DNA of 64,000 nt from an uncultured Alistipes sp. (GCA_949283205.1 CASDSD010000043.1:3526-67525); one strand, 5' to 3'. Shown: positions 46,110-56,327, counted from the stretch's first letter. A program made the numbers and translations. The notes: generated from the letters alone by a model not told the origin.

Positions 46110-46142
46110 CAAGGGAGAGACCCCGTCGGGGTCTCTCCCTTG
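46110..46142. terminator. bidirectional terminator between convergent genes
   Basis: 14-bp perfect stem CAAGGGAGAGACCC / GGGTCTCTCCCTTG, with T-rich flanks on both strands. Confidence 0.75.
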
Positions 46143-46159
46143 TTCATTGTTCATAACCG

Positions 46160-46250
46160 GCATCCTCCGAAACCCTCGTTTCATCAGTCTCCGGAGCTCT
46201 CGTTTCATCAGCCTCCGGAACCTTCGTTTCATCAGTTTCAGAAACTTTCG
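46160..46250. repeat. 24-bp tandem repeat, about 3.5 copies
   Basis: TCGTTTCATCAG occurs at 46176, 46200 and 46224. Each unit carries a CTCCGGA(G/A) palindrome-like core. Confidence 0.85.
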
Positions 46251-46355
46251 CCCCCACCGGAGCGCCCCCCCGGGACATTTCATTCGGCCCCCTTCCGTCG
46301 CTTCGGGAGAGTCGCGACACGGCAGCCTGTCCCGTTTATGCGAGGCAGGAGAGGT

Positions 46356-48119
46356 CTACTCGCCCTTCTTCGGGGTGTCGGCAGCAGCGCCTTCGGGTGT
46401 GGAGTGCGGCGTCTCCGCAGCGGCATTGCCTGCGGCGGCATCCTCCCCACCTGCGGGTTTCGCCCCGCCCGGGGTGCTGTATTTGAAACGGCGTATCTTC
46501 TGTGTCGGGGTCTTCTCGAAACCCGTATCCTCCTCAACCACCTCGGTGATGCGCGAGAACTTGTTCACCTTCGAGTTGACATAACGCATGATCTCCTGCT
46601 TGATCTCCTCCTTCTTGGCATTCCACTCGCCCACCTTGCGGTGCCAGTCGTCGCGCGTGATCTCCCATTTCTCCATCAACTCGCCCTTGAGCTTCTCGAT
46701 CGCCTCCTTGTCGAAGTGTACGAGCGCCACCAGGTGACCGTCCTGCTGCGTCACGATCGATTCCGAAACATACGTGTTCGAGTTGAGTACCGACTCTATC
46801 TCCTCGGGATAGATATTCTCGCCGCTCGGGCCCACGATCATGTTCTTCAGACGGCCCTTGATATATATTATGCCATCCTCGTCGATATATCCCAGGTCAC
46901 CCGTACGGAACCACCCGTCGGCGGTGAATGCCTCGCGCGTGGCGGCCTCGTTCTTGTAGTAGCCCTGCATGACCGACGGCGAGCTGATCACGATCTCGCC
47001 CTGCCGCGTCTCGGGATTGACATTGTCCAGCCGCACCTGCAGGCCGTCCATAGCGCGGCCCGTCGACCCCAGCTTGCGCGGCATGGCCGGCACGGCACCC
47101 GCAACCATGGGAGCCGTCTCCGTAAGGCCGTAGCCTATGGCATAGGGCAGACGGCTGTCGATGAGGAACTGTTCCACCTGTCCGTTTAGTTTCGCGCCGC
47201 CGATGCCGAGGAAGCGCAGACGCCCGCCGAAGACCTTCATCAGACGGCGCCCCGCCAGGCGGTGTATCTGCCGCCGCAGGAAGTCGTTGCCGTAAACCTT
47301 GCGCCAGAAGGCGTTTGAGGTGAACTTGGCATATATCTGGCTGCGGAAGAGTTTTTCTATTATGAGCGGCACGATCAGGAAACACGTGGGGCGCACCTCC
47401 CGCAACGCCGGCAGCAGGATCGATGCCGTGGGTGGTTTCTCGAGATATGTGACACGTCCTCCCGCCGCAAAGGGATAAAGCATGCCCACCGTACATTCGT
47501 ACGTATGCGACAGGGGCAGCACCGAGAGCATCGAATCATGTTCGTCGATGGGGAAGAGCCCGTACATCATGTTGACGTTCGACGCCAGGTTGTAATGCGT
47601 GAGCATCACCCCCTTTGGGCGCGACATGGTGCCTGAAGTGTATATTATCACGGCCAGGTCGCCGGGTCCGGGGATACGGCCGACACCCTCGCCGCTGACG
47701 CGCTGCGATATGATTCCGAGATTCTTGGTGCGGATCACGACATTGAGCATCGCCACCGTCTCCTTGGACACCTTGGTGAAGAGTTTGTCCGACACGAAGA
47801 GTGCCTTGGCTTCGGAGTGGCGGATAAGCATGTCGAGCTCCGCCTCCGTAAAGTCGGGCAGGATAGGCACGGCAACCATGCCCGCCGTAACCACGGCAAA
47901 GTAGCATACGCCCCAGTTGTGCATGTTGCTGCTCAGTATCGCCACCTTGTCGCCCGCATTGAGCCCCGCCGAAAACAGCATCCGCTGCACCTGCTCGACG
48001 CGATGCCCCACCTCCGCATAGGTAACGTCCTCGCCGCCGAACATGGAATATGCGACATTGCCGCCAAATTCGTTTATGCTGTTTTCAAGAAGTTCATAGA
48101 GTGTATTGGAAGCCCTCAT
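46356..48119 (-). CDS. long-chain fatty acid--CoA ligase (AMP-binding family)
   Basis: AMP-binding motifs YTSGTMSRPKGVMLTH and GYGLTETAP. Low-complexity A/G/E/P C-terminal tail. Confidence 0.9.
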   Translation of the reverse strand: MRASNTLYELLENSINEFGGNVAYSMFGGEDVTYAEVGHRVEQVQRMLFSAGLNAGDKVAILSSNMHNWGVCYFAVVTAGMVAVPILPDFTEAELDMLIRHSEAKALFVSDKLFTKVSKETVAMLNVVIRTKNLGIISQRVSGEGVGRIPGPGDLAVIIYTSGTMSRPKGVMLTHYNLASNVNMMYGLFPIDEHDSMLSVLPLSHTYECTVGMLYPFAAGGRVTYLEKPPTASILLPALREVRPTCFLIVPLIIEKLFRSQIYAKFTSNAFWRKVYGNDFLRRQIHRLAGRRLMKVFGGRLRFLGIGGAKLNGQVEQFLIDSRLPYAIGYGLTETAPMVAGAVPAMPRKLGSTGRAMDGLQVRLDNVNPETRQGEIVISSPSVMQGYYKNEAATREAFTADGWFRTGDLGYIDEDGIIYIKGRLKNMIVGPSGENIYPEEIESVLNSNTYVSESIVTQQDGHLVALVHFDKEAIEKLKGELMEKWEITRDDWHRKVGEWNAKKEEIKQEIMRYVNSKVNKFSRITEVVEEDTGFEKTPTQKIRRFKYSTPGGAKPAGGEDAAAGNAAAETPHSTPEGAAADTPKKGE

Positions 48120-48176
48120 TAAGCAATTGTCTTTGTGAAAACTGCACTAAGGTATAAAAAAAATATGAAAATTGGG

Positions 48177-48184
48177 TATATTTG
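48177..48184 (+). promoter_or_regulatory. -7 box (TAtaTTTG) for queG
   Basis: TATATTTG lies 15 nt upstream of ATG 48200. Confidence 0.45.
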
Positions 48185-48199
48185 AAACGAAATAGGCCT

Positions 48200-49135
48200 A
48201 TGTTGCAGTCACAACACATAAAAACCCTCGCCCTCGAGACGGGATTCGACCTCTGCGGCATTGCCCCCGCACGTCGTTTCGATCTCAACGAAACGGCCTA
48301 CCGCCGCTGGCTCGAGCGCGGCTACGACGCCTCGCTGACATACATGCGCAACCACCTCGACATGCGCTTCGACGCGCGGCAACTCGTGGAGGGGGCCCGC
48401 ACGGTGGTCGTATGCGCCGTAAGCTACCGCTCCGCCATAAGCGAGGGGTACGACTGCACGTGCCGCACGAAGATCGCCTCCTACGCCTGCTGCCGCGACT
48501 ACCACAAGACCATCCGCAGGATGCTGCTCCACATGCTGCGGGCGCTGCAGGCCGGGGACCCGACCCTTGCGGGGCGCGCCTTCGTCGACACGGCGCCGCT
48601 GCTCGAGAAACAGTATGCCGTCGAGGCGGGCCTCGGCTGGATCGGCAGACAGTCGCTCCTCATAACACCGAGTTTCGGATCGTTCGTGCTTCTGGGCGAG
48701 CTGGTCCTCTGCGACGAGGCCGACGCATACGACACGCCGTACGCCGGCAGCGGATGCGGCGACTGCCGCCGCTGCATGGACGCCTGCCCCACGGGGGCGC
48801 TGGCGGCACCCATGACGGTGGATGCCTCACGCTGCATATCGTGCCACACCATAGAGGCCGCGCCAGAGAACGCAATCGACCTGCACGGCTGGATCTTCGG
48901 CTGCGACGAATGCCAGAGCCGCTGTCCCCACAACCTCCATGCACCCGGCCACACCAACCCCGCATTCGACCCGCTCTTCGACCCTGCGGCCATCGGTGCC
49001 GCGCAGTGGGCCGCCATGGATGAAACGGAGTTTTCGGAGCGCTTCGGGACCACACCCCTGCGGCGCAGCGGCCTCGAACGTCTGCAGCGGAATGCGGTGC
49101 GCAATGCGGCACCGGAGCAAAAGCCCCTGCCCTGA
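48200..49135 (+). CDS. queG: epoxyqueuosine reductase
   Basis: Two ferredoxin-type clusters, CGDCRRCMDACP and CISCHTIE..CDECQSRCP. N-terminus LETGFDLCGIA is typical of QueG. Confidence 0.9.
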   Translation: MLQSQHIKTLALETGFDLCGIAPARRFDLNETAYRRWLERGYDASLTYMRNHLDMRFDARQLVEGARTVVVCAVSYRSAISEGYDCTCRTKIASYACCRDYHKTIRRMLLHMLRALQAGDPTLAGRAFVDTAPLLEKQYAVEAGLGWIGRQSLLITPSFGSFVLLGELVLCDEADAYDTPYAGSGCGDCRRCMDACPTGALAAPMTVDASRCISCHTIEAAPENAIDLHGWIFGCDECQSRCPHNLHAPGHTNPAFDPLFDPAAIGAAQWAAMDETEFSERFGTTPLRRSGLERLQRNAVRNAAPEQKPLP

Positions 49136-49157
49136 CATCCGTCACCGCAATAAGAGA

Positions 49158-49192
49158 AAGACGGCCCCGAACCGACTTCGGGACCGTCTTTT
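49158..49192. terminator. bidirectional hairpin terminator between convergent genes
   Basis: 14-bp stem AAGACGGCCCCGAA / TTCGGGACCGTCTT (one mismatch), then TT. Confidence 0.65.
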
Positions 49193-49215
49193 CAGTCTCA
49201 CGCGCCTGCCGCGCG

Positions 49216-52200
49216 CTACTTCATATCCACCACGGGGGCGTCCATCAGCTCGCCCGAGTCGGTGCCGGGCTGTATAAGCTCCTCGTCCGTATATCCGAAC
49301 GTGCGGAAATAGTCGTTGAAGTAACGCACCAGGTCATCTCTACGGGCATACGCCGCAAGATAGTACAACTCGTAGAGGCTGTCGAGCTTCTCGGTGATTA
49401 TGTCCGACACCAGAGCCGCCTGCGCCCCGTCGAACTGCAGGTAGTACTCGATATACTCCTTCAGAGTCTCGGCATAATCCTTCAGCAGGGCGTCGCCCTT
49501 GTCGTAATCCTCCAGCAGGTAGTAGCACTCGATGAAGGGATACGTATTGGCATCGGTGTAGTGTATCTTGGGCGAGGGAAGCACCTCGAGGCCGCGGTCC
49601 AGCATCTCGCGCGCCTTCTCGGGCTGGTTCTCCTGCAGCAGCTTGCGGGCCACGCGGGCAAAGGCCTCGCGGGCGCGCGACGCGCTCAGGTTGTACTGCA
49701 CGAAGTAGTCGGCATGCACGTCGGGATCCGCCAGGTTGCCGTAGCGCAGCGTATCCTTCAGCAGCGGGTATGCCACGTCGGTGTCGATGCGGCCGATATC
49801 CCATGCCGAACGGTAGGGCGTAAGGATCGGCACCAGACGGTACGAGTAGCCGTCGAACTGCAGGTAGTCGAGCAGGCCGAAATCCTGCAGTATGTAGACC
49901 TGCGTGAAGCATATCGGACGGCTCCAGTCGAACGTCGCGAGCAGGTCGAAGAGCATCATCTCGCTCTTGTCGATCGAGCGTTTGCGGTCCGAGATGGTCA
50001 TGTACACCGTGTCGACCATCAGGTCGCGGTCCTCCTCCTTGACAATACCCGCGGCGATGGCGTTATCCTTGTTGACGGGTATGGCTATTCGCCGTGCCGG
50101 CACATAGTCTATGAGCGAGCCGTCCACGAGTTGCAGTTTCGTTCCCGCATCCTCGCTGGCGATGAAATCCATCAGCTCCCTTATATCGACAACACGGTCA
50201 ACCTTTTCGCGCACGGGGAGTATGTCGTTCACACGTGTATATTTACTGCTCGGCAGCGAGAATGGCACGGGGGCCGACTCGTTCGAGCGCACGCGCATCT
50301 CGTCGATATACCAGTCGCCGCCCAGATAGCTCGAGTTCATCACACGGACATCGGTGCGCACACCGTCCACCTCCTGATTGAACCACAGGGGGAAGGTATC
50401 GTTGTCGCCGTAGTTTATGACGATGGCATTCTCGGGCACCGTTTGCAGATAGTTCCAGCCGATGTCACGGGCGAAGGTGCGGCCCGAACGGTCATGGTCG
50501 TCCCAGTTCTGCGCCGCCAGCAGCGTAGGCACGCCGAGGCACACGACAGTGGCGACGATGGCCGCCGCACGCGAGTCACGACGCATGATGTATGCGATGA
50601 AGTCACGCAACGCCAACACTCCCAGCCCGATCCATATCGAGAAGGCGTAGAACGAACCGGCATATACGTAGTCGCGCTCGCGCGGCTCCGAGGGGCAGGT
50701 GTTGAAATATACCACCAGCGCCACGCCCATCATCACGAAGAGCCACATAACCACCGTAAAGTTGCGCTGGTCGCGGTTGAGCTGGTAGATCAGTCCGAGT
50801 ATACCCAGCAGGAACGGCAGGAAGAAGTATGTGTTGCGGGCGGGGTTGTCGGCCATCTCGCGCGGCAGAATCGTCTGCGGCCCGAGGTAGATCTTGTCCA
50901 CGGCATCGATGCCCGAGAGCCAGTTGCCGTGGGCGATGGTCTCCTTGCCGGCCTGTATGTCGTCCTGACGTCCCACGAAGTTCCACAGGAAGTAACGCCA
51001 GTACATATAGTTGAGCTGGTAGGTGAAGAAGAAGTAGAGGTTCTCGCCGAAGGTGGGCTCGACGAAGCTCTCGCCCGTCATCGGGTCGTAGACCGTATGT
51101 CCGAAGTCCACAACCTCGCCCGTCATCACGCGGCCCTGCTCGTCACGCATCGGCTCGCCGTTCTCGTCACGCACCACGTCGGTCTTGGTGCGGTACGCCG
51201 CCCACGGCTTGTACTCGGCCTCGCCCTTCAAAGAGTTCCACACGCGGGGGAATATGTGTTTGAACTGCGACGGATAGGTGTATCCCGTAAGTTCGGTGGC
51301 ACGCTGGTAGCGGCCGCTCTCACGGTCGTAGTAGTAGGTCGTGCTCTCCACATAGTCGTCTATTGGAGACGAATAGTAGGGACCGTATAAGAGCGGGCGG
51401 TTGCCGTACTGGTCACGGTTCAGTACCGACAGCAGCGCGTGCGGGTTGTTGGGGTTGTTGCTGTTCATCGGCGGGTTGGCGACTGCGCGGATCGTAACCG
51501 TCGCATACGACGAGAAGCCTATGAGTATCATCGTCGTCGAGAGCAGCAGCAGGTTCCACAGCTTGCGGCCCGCGCGGTGTGTGCGGTAGATGCCGTAGAA
51601 GAGCGCGGCGAAGAGCGCCAGCGCGAAGACCACGATACCCGAATTGACGGGCAGATGGAACGTATTGACAAACAGCACGTCGACCATAGCCCCGACATAT
51701 ACCGTGTAGGGGATGATTATGCCGTTGATGAAACCGAGTATTGCGAGCGACACGAGCGTGGCGATGACAACGCCGCGCAGCGTCACATGGTCATACTTGC
51801 GGAAGTAGTAGATGAACACCAGAGCCGGTATGGTCAGCAGGTTCAGTATGTGCACACCGATCGAGAGGCCCATCAGATAGGCTATCAGGACGATCCAGCG
51901 GGCCGAATGGGGCTCGTCGGCCTGCTCCTCCCACTTGAGCATGAGCCATACCACCAGCGCCGTGAACATCGACGAGAGGGAGTAGACCTCACCCTCGACC
52001 GCCGAGAACCAGAATGTGTCGGTGAAGGTGTATGCCAAGGCACCCACGGCGCCCGCGCCGAGGATGGCGATCTTGTCGTTGTCGGTAATGGTGCGACCGC
52101 CTGCGCCGTATATGCGGCGTGCTATGTGCGTGATCGACCAGAAGAGGAAGAGTATGCAGAATGCGCTGGCCAGACAGTTCATGGCGTTGACCATGTGGGG

Positions 52201-52419
52201 CACGTAGTGCGTCGAGGGTGCGAACATGGTGGCTATACGGGCCATGAGCATGAATAGCGGCGCTCCGGGCGGGTGTCCCACTTCGAGTTTGTATGATGTG
52301 GCGATGAACTCGGCGCAGTCCCACAGACTCGACGAGGGCTCCATCGTAAGCAGATAGGTCATGGCCGCCACGGCGAAGACCATCCAGCCCACGATTCTGT
52401 TCCAACGTTTGAAATCCAT
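49216..52419 (-). CDS. DUF2723-family large membrane glycosyltransferase-like protein
   Basis: 1067 aa. N-terminus LTMEPSSSLWDCAEFIATSYKLEVGHPPGAPLF is characteristic of DUF2723 (TMEM260-like). Many TM helices, with a helical-repeat C-terminus. Confidence 0.88.
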   Translation of the reverse strand: MDFKRWNRIVGWMVFAVAAMTYLLTMEPSSSLWDCAEFIATSYKLEVGHPPGAPLFMLMARIATMFAPSTHYVPHMVNAMNCLASAFCILFLFWSITHIARRIYGAGGRTITDNDKIAILGAGAVGALAYTFTDTFWFSAVEGEVYSLSSMFTALVVWLMLKWEEQADEPHSARWIVLIAYLMGLSIGVHILNLLTIPALVFIYYFRKYDHVTLRGVVIATLVSLAILGFINGIIIPYTVYVGAMVDVLFVNTFHLPVNSGIVVFALALFAALFYGIYRTHRAGRKLWNLLLLSTTMILIGFSSYATVTIRAVANPPMNSNNPNNPHALLSVLNRDQYGNRPLLYGPYYSSPIDDYVESTTYYYDRESGRYQRATELTGYTYPSQFKHIFPRVWNSLKGEAEYKPWAAYRTKTDVVRDENGEPMRDEQGRVMTGEVVDFGHTVYDPMTGESFVEPTFGENLYFFFTYQLNYMYWRYFLWNFVGRQDDIQAGKETIAHGNWLSGIDAVDKIYLGPQTILPREMADNPARNTYFFLPFLLGILGLIYQLNRDQRNFTVVMWLFVMMGVALVVYFNTCPSEPRERDYVYAGSFYAFSIWIGLGVLALRDFIAYIMRRDSRAAAIVATVVCLGVPTLLAAQNWDDHDRSGRTFARDIGWNYLQTVPENAIVINYGDNDTFPLWFNQEVDGVRTDVRVMNSSYLGGDWYIDEMRVRSNESAPVPFSLPSSKYTRVNDILPVREKVDRVVDIRELMDFIASEDAGTKLQLVDGSLIDYVPARRIAIPVNKDNAIAAGIVKEEDRDLMVDTVYMTISDRKRSIDKSEMMLFDLLATFDWSRPICFTQVYILQDFGLLDYLQFDGYSYRLVPILTPYRSAWDIGRIDTDVAYPLLKDTLRYGNLADPDVHADYFVQYNLSASRAREAFARVARKLLQENQPEKAREMLDRGLEVLPSPKIHYTDANTYPFIECYYLLEDYDKGDALLKDYAETLKEYIEYYLQFDGAQAALVSDIITEKLDSLYELYYLAAYARRDDLVRYFNDYFRTFGYTDEELIQPGTDSGELMDAPVVDMK

Positions 52420-52504
52420 ATTTTTCCGATAAAAAATCTATTTCCAAATCCGACACGCCCTTGCGGCATGCCGCCGCCGTGCGGTCCTGTCGGCATATTT
52501 CGGG

Positions 52505-52512
52505 CAAAGGTA
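52505..52512 (-). promoter_or_regulatory. -7 box (TAccTTTG) for the DUF2723 gene
   Basis: Plus strand CAAAGGTA is TACCTTTG on the minus strand, 86 nt upstream of ATG 52419. Confidence 0.4.
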
Positions 52513-52574
52513 ATAAAATAACGCCAAAATCCCGCCATTATTTCCGCCATCGGGCCTTTTTGCAAATATATTCG

Positions 52575-52582
52575 TACATTTG
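52575..52582 (+). promoter_or_regulatory. -7 box (TAcaTTTG) for the large TlpA-like gene
   Basis: TACATTTG lies about 143 nt upstream of ATG 52725. Confidence 0.4.
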
Positions 52583-52724
52583 TGACAGATGTAACCTTTT
52601 CGCCCGCACCGCGTCAAACATACGGCCACAGTGCGCATGCGCAGCCTGCCGGCAGCGACGGGGCCGCCGTCATTACAGACCCGCAGGAAACGGACATTTT
52701 GACAAACCGCACACAGACAAGCCC

Positions 52725-54410
52725 ATGAACACTAATTCCAATCTGCCGGCAAGCACCCCCGGGAAACGCTCCGCCACCCTTCTCCGCAACATTGCCGCCG
52801 CGCTGATCCTCTTTGCGGCCATATCCTGCGGCCGCAGCCGCACGATCGAGAACCCGTATTGCGAGCGGGCGGAGATGCTCCGCGTACTGCGTATCGAGAC
52901 CCTCGACACGGCCACTGTCGTCGATGTCGCCGTCATAGGCTATGCCGACAACTGGTTCATGATCGAGGGAGACAGGCAGAGCGGAGAACTCTACCTCACG
53001 GGCCGCCGGAGCGGCCGCCGCTACCGCTACCTCGGCTCGGACGACCTGACCGTCCGCCACCGCTACACGCACGACAGCACGGGAATAAAGCGTTTCACCA
53101 TGCGTTTCGAGCCGCTCGACCCCGCCGACCGGCAGGTGGACCTTACGGCCGACGTGAGCGCCTCGTTCAACGTGGAGGGGATATTCCTCACGCCGCCCGA
53201 CTCGCTCCGCAAGGGCCCCGTATGCCGCGTCGAGGGCGTGCTGCACGACCGCCCCGCAACCACCCTGCTGCTCCTGTGCCGCTGGACCGACTACGACGGC
53301 AACGCACGGGACATGGTGTCGAAATCGCGTGCCATACCCGTCACCGACGGCCGTTTCGGGTTCGAGATCCCCGCCGACGACGACCTCTACGTCCTCATCC
53401 CGTGGAACGAATATGCCATATCGGCGTGGTACCAGTGCGAGTTCTTCGCCGAGAAGGGCAAGGTACGCATAGAGTGGGGAGCGGAGGCTCCCACCGCCAT
53501 CGAGGGCGGAGGCATGAATGCCGAAAAGGAAGACCTTGCCAAACCGTCACGCGACGTGAGCGACACCTACGGCCCGAAACTCGACGAGTACTACGACATG
53601 CCCGGGGAGGCCTACATGAGCGACCGTGCCCGCGAGACACTGGCCCTCTTCAGGGCCGAGACCGATCCCGACAGGAGGGATTCCCTCCTCAAGGCGCTCA
53701 ACGGCCTCACCGACGAGCAGCGTTACACGCCCGAATTCTACGCCCTGATGAGCGAATACAAGGCAAAGTACCGAGAGGCCGTAGAGGCCACGCTGCAACA
53801 CGCCGGGAGCGATGTCCGGCAGGGTTATCTGCCGTTTATCATAAGGCTCGTCCAAACTATCGACAGATGGGAGAACCGCGACGAGATAATGCGCGTGGCA
53901 GGCATCTATGCCGAGCGTTTTGCCGACCGCCCGCTCGGGCAGCGCCTCGCAGAATATATCCGCGCCCTGAGCACCGAGGTCGGAGGCCGTTATGTCGATT
54001 TCGAGGCCCCCGACCGTGAGGGAACGATGCACCGCTTCTCGGAGATGATCGAGGGCAGCCGCATCGTGCTGCTCGACATGTGGGCCTCGTGGTGCGGCCC
54101 ATGCCGTCGCGCGGCCATCCGCAACAAACCCATCTATGAACGCTACCGCGACCGGGGCTTCACCGTCGTAAGCGTCGCCCGCGAGTTCGACAACACCGAC
54201 GACCTCGACGCCGCCGTCGCCAAAGACGGGTACGAGTGGCCGGTACTTGTGGAGCTCGACGACCGCATATCGCTTTGGCAGAGCTACAATGCGGGCGACG
54301 GCGGCGGCCTGCTGGTACTCATCGACCCCGCCACAGGCGAGATCCTCGCGCGCGACCCCTCGGCCGAAGAGATCGAACGGACGGTCGCCCGCTACTGCGG
54401 CGCGGAATAG
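52725..54410 (+). CDS. thioredoxin-fold (TlpA/AhpC-like) lipoprotein with a large uncharacterised N-terminal region
   Basis: Lipobox LILFAAISCG. About 400 aa of unassigned sequence, then a thioredoxin domain with WASWCGPC. Confidence 0.85.
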   Translation: MNTNSNLPASTPGKRSATLLRNIAAALILFAAISCGRSRTIENPYCERAEMLRVLRIETLDTATVVDVAVIGYADNWFMIEGDRQSGELYLTGRRSGRRYRYLGSDDLTVRHRYTHDSTGIKRFTMRFEPLDPADRQVDLTADVSASFNVEGIFLTPPDSLRKGPVCRVEGVLHDRPATTLLLLCRWTDYDGNARDMVSKSRAIPVTDGRFGFEIPADDDLYVLIPWNEYAISAWYQCEFFAEKGKVRIEWGAEAPTAIEGGGMNAEKEDLAKPSRDVSDTYGPKLDEYYDMPGEAYMSDRARETLALFRAETDPDRRDSLLKALNGLTDEQRYTPEFYALMSEYKAKYREAVEATLQHAGSDVRQGYLPFIIRLVQTIDRWENRDEIMRVAGIYAERFADRPLGQRLAEYIRALSTEVGGRYVDFEAPDREGTMHRFSEMIEGSRIVLLDMWASWCGPCRRAAIRNKPIYERYRDRGFTVVSVAREFDNTDDLDAAVAKDGYEWPVLVELDDRISLWQSYNAGDGGGLLVLIDPATGEILARDPSAEEIERTVARYCGAE

Positions 54411-54458
54411 CCGGCAACGATCCCTGCGGCGTGAAGTTGCGCACGCCGTATGGGCCCG

Positions 54459-56327
54459 TCACTCCTCACACATTTCCACCGTAAAGGGCACGCGGTTGTC
54501 CGACACCGCGAGGTCGCTGCGGCGCATGTGGTGCAGCTCGATCGTGCGGGCGGGGAAATCCCCCGCCACGCGGTTGTCGCGCACCGTCACGCGGCGGCAG
54601 CCGTCCAGCCGCAGCGTCGACCGCTGCCACAGGAAGGGGGCGTAGTCGGAGGTCGGCACGAGGCGGTTGCGCTCGAAGCGCAGGTTTTCGACAGCGCGGG
54701 CAAACAGCACGGGGGCGTCGAAACACTCGAACGTATTGTCGCAGATGGTGATATTGCGGTGATAGGCGGGGCTGTCGGGCGAGTCGGGCCGGAACGAGGG
54801 GGATATGGTTATCGGCGCCTCGCCCCACTCCCAGCGGTCGCCCGTCTCGCAGCCCGAGGTACAGCAGTTCACGAAGCGGTTGTTGCGGATCGTAAGGTCG
54901 GTATGGGCCCCCGACTCGAACCAGTGGTCGAGGTCCCCCTCGATGAGTATGGCGGCACCCGCCGTATTGAAAAAGTTGTTCTCGATGACGACCCTGCGGG
55001 GTGTGGTCACAAGCATGCCGCGGGCGCGGTTCTTCTTCTCGAAGCGGCAGTTGCGCACGATAAGCTCCGGCGTCCAGGTCTTGTTCTCGAGGAACATGCC
55101 CTCCTCCACCCCTTCGGGCAGCGGTTCGGAGAACTCCACCTCGTAGCCGTCGCCCCGCCGCTCGATACGCCGCACGACGAGCTCCGCGCCGCGCCGCATC
55201 GTCCGCCCGTCTACCACCCACAGGGTATCCGCCGCGCCTATCGTCCAGCCGCGGCCGTCGATGAGGGCCGTGCGGCCGTCAGCGAGCGACCCTATGCGGG
55301 AATATGTGCCGCGCACGTTCATGAAGTCGTCGCCCTGACCCGCATGGGCGCAGCCGTCGATGAGGATGCGGCCGCGGCAGCAGGTGAAGTGCGAGGCGTC
55401 GGCTACGGTGCTGAAGACGCGCCCCTTCTCCGTGCGCGGCGTCGTACTGACACGGTGCAGCGTGATGTTCTCGCAGCGGTAGCCGTAGACGCCGTTGCTG
55501 AGCGTATGGTAGAGCGTCACGTCCTCGAGCGTGATGTCGCGGCTGTAGCACAGCTCTATCCCCGTCAGGATATATGTCCCGTGGTAGAGGGTTATGATCT
55601 GGCCCTCGCGTACGGGCACCTCGCGTTCGGTCACGGCGCCGTGGAATCGCACCACGTCGGGCGCGGCCTGCTCGGCTCGCCCCTTGAAGACGTTGCCCGT
55701 ATGGCAGTCGCGCGTGCGGTAGGCGATGGTGCCCGTAGCCTTGTCGTAGATGTTCATGTAGCTGTCGACCACGCCGGCGCTCCACCCCTCGCCCGTGAAG
55801 CGGATGCTGTCACCCTCGATCACATAGGGGTACTGCCGACGGTCGATGCGCAGGTCGACATAATGCGGCGTGACGGCGACGAACTCCCCCTGGCTTATGT
55901 AGGGGCGGTCCCAGTCGGTCGAGAAGTCGCGCAGCGTCACATTATCGCACCCCTCGACATGGAACACCTTCATGCAGCCGTGGAAGACAAACTCCGAGCC
56001 GCCGCCGTCGACCACGATGTTGCGCGCCCCGCGCAGGGTCATGGCCACGGTCTGCTCCTTCCCTGGCTCGGGATGGAAGTCATACCGCCCGCGCGGGAAG
56101 ACTATCACGGCATCATGGCCGCCGCACGCCTCGAGGGCGCGGGCAAAGGCCTCGTTCGCGGCGGCGCCGCTGCCGGGCACGGCACCGTAGTCGGTGACCG
56201 GGATGCGCCGCATGCGCGTCCCGCTATCGGGGCGTGCTGCAGCGGCGGGGTGCGCGGCCGCGGCAACAGACAGGAGCAGCGGCCAAAGCAGGAGAAGGTG
56301 TTTCATAATTGCCGTCGGGAGTTTCAT
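54459..56327 (-). CDS. right-handed parallel beta-helix repeat protein (glycosidase-like, possibly GH110-type)
   Basis: Signal peptide (alternative ATG at 56306 gives MKHLLLLWPLLLSVAAAA). Repeated beta-helix motifs (IRNCRFE, IRNNRFVNC, ICDNTFE). The GH110 suggestion is a weak inference. Confidence 0.8.
   Translation of the reverse strand: MKLPTAIMKHLLLLWPLLLSVAAAAHPAAAARPDSGTRMRRIPVTDYGAVPGSGAAANEAFARALEACGGHDAVIVFPRGRYDFHPEPGKEQTVAMTLRGARNIVVDGGGSEFVFHGCMKVFHVEGCDNVTLRDFSTDWDRPYISQGEFVAVTPHYVDLRIDRRQYPYVIEGDSIRFTGEGWSAGVVDSYMNIYDKATGTIAYRTRDCHTGNVFKGRAEQAAPDVVRFHGAVTEREVPVREGQIITLYHGTYILTGIELCYSRDITLEDVTLYHTLSNGVYGYRCENITLHRVSTTPRTEKGRVFSTVADASHFTCCRGRILIDGCAHAGQGDDFMNVRGTYSRIGSLADGRTALIDGRGWTIGAADTLWVVDGRTMRRGAELVVRRIERRGDGYEVEFSEPLPEGVEEGMFLENKTWTPELIVRNCRFEKKNRARGMLVTTPRRVVIENNFFNTAGAAILIEGDLDHWFESGAHTDLTIRNNRFVNCCTSGCETGDRWEWGEAPITISPSFRPDSPDSPAYHRNITICDNTFECFDAPVLFARAVENLRFERNRLVPTSDYAPFLWQRSTLRLDGCRRVTVRDNRVAGDFPARTIELHHMRRSDLAVSDNRVPFTVEMCEE

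Noticed and set aside
46160-46250. Hammerhead-ribozyme-like motif: the minus strand of each 24-bp unit reads CUGAUGAAACGA.
   Set aside because: CUGAUGA is followed immediately by GAAAC with no helix II between them. No helix I/III pairing or cleavage-site context is evident, so this is probably coincidental.
46140-47189. 349-aa plus-strand ORF whose N-terminus contains an 8-residue repeat (SFHQxPEx) encoded by the 24-bp array.
   Set aside because: The rest of the ORF is antisense to the well-supported acyl-CoA ligase gene and has no protein-like features. The array is better read as a non-coding tandem repeat.
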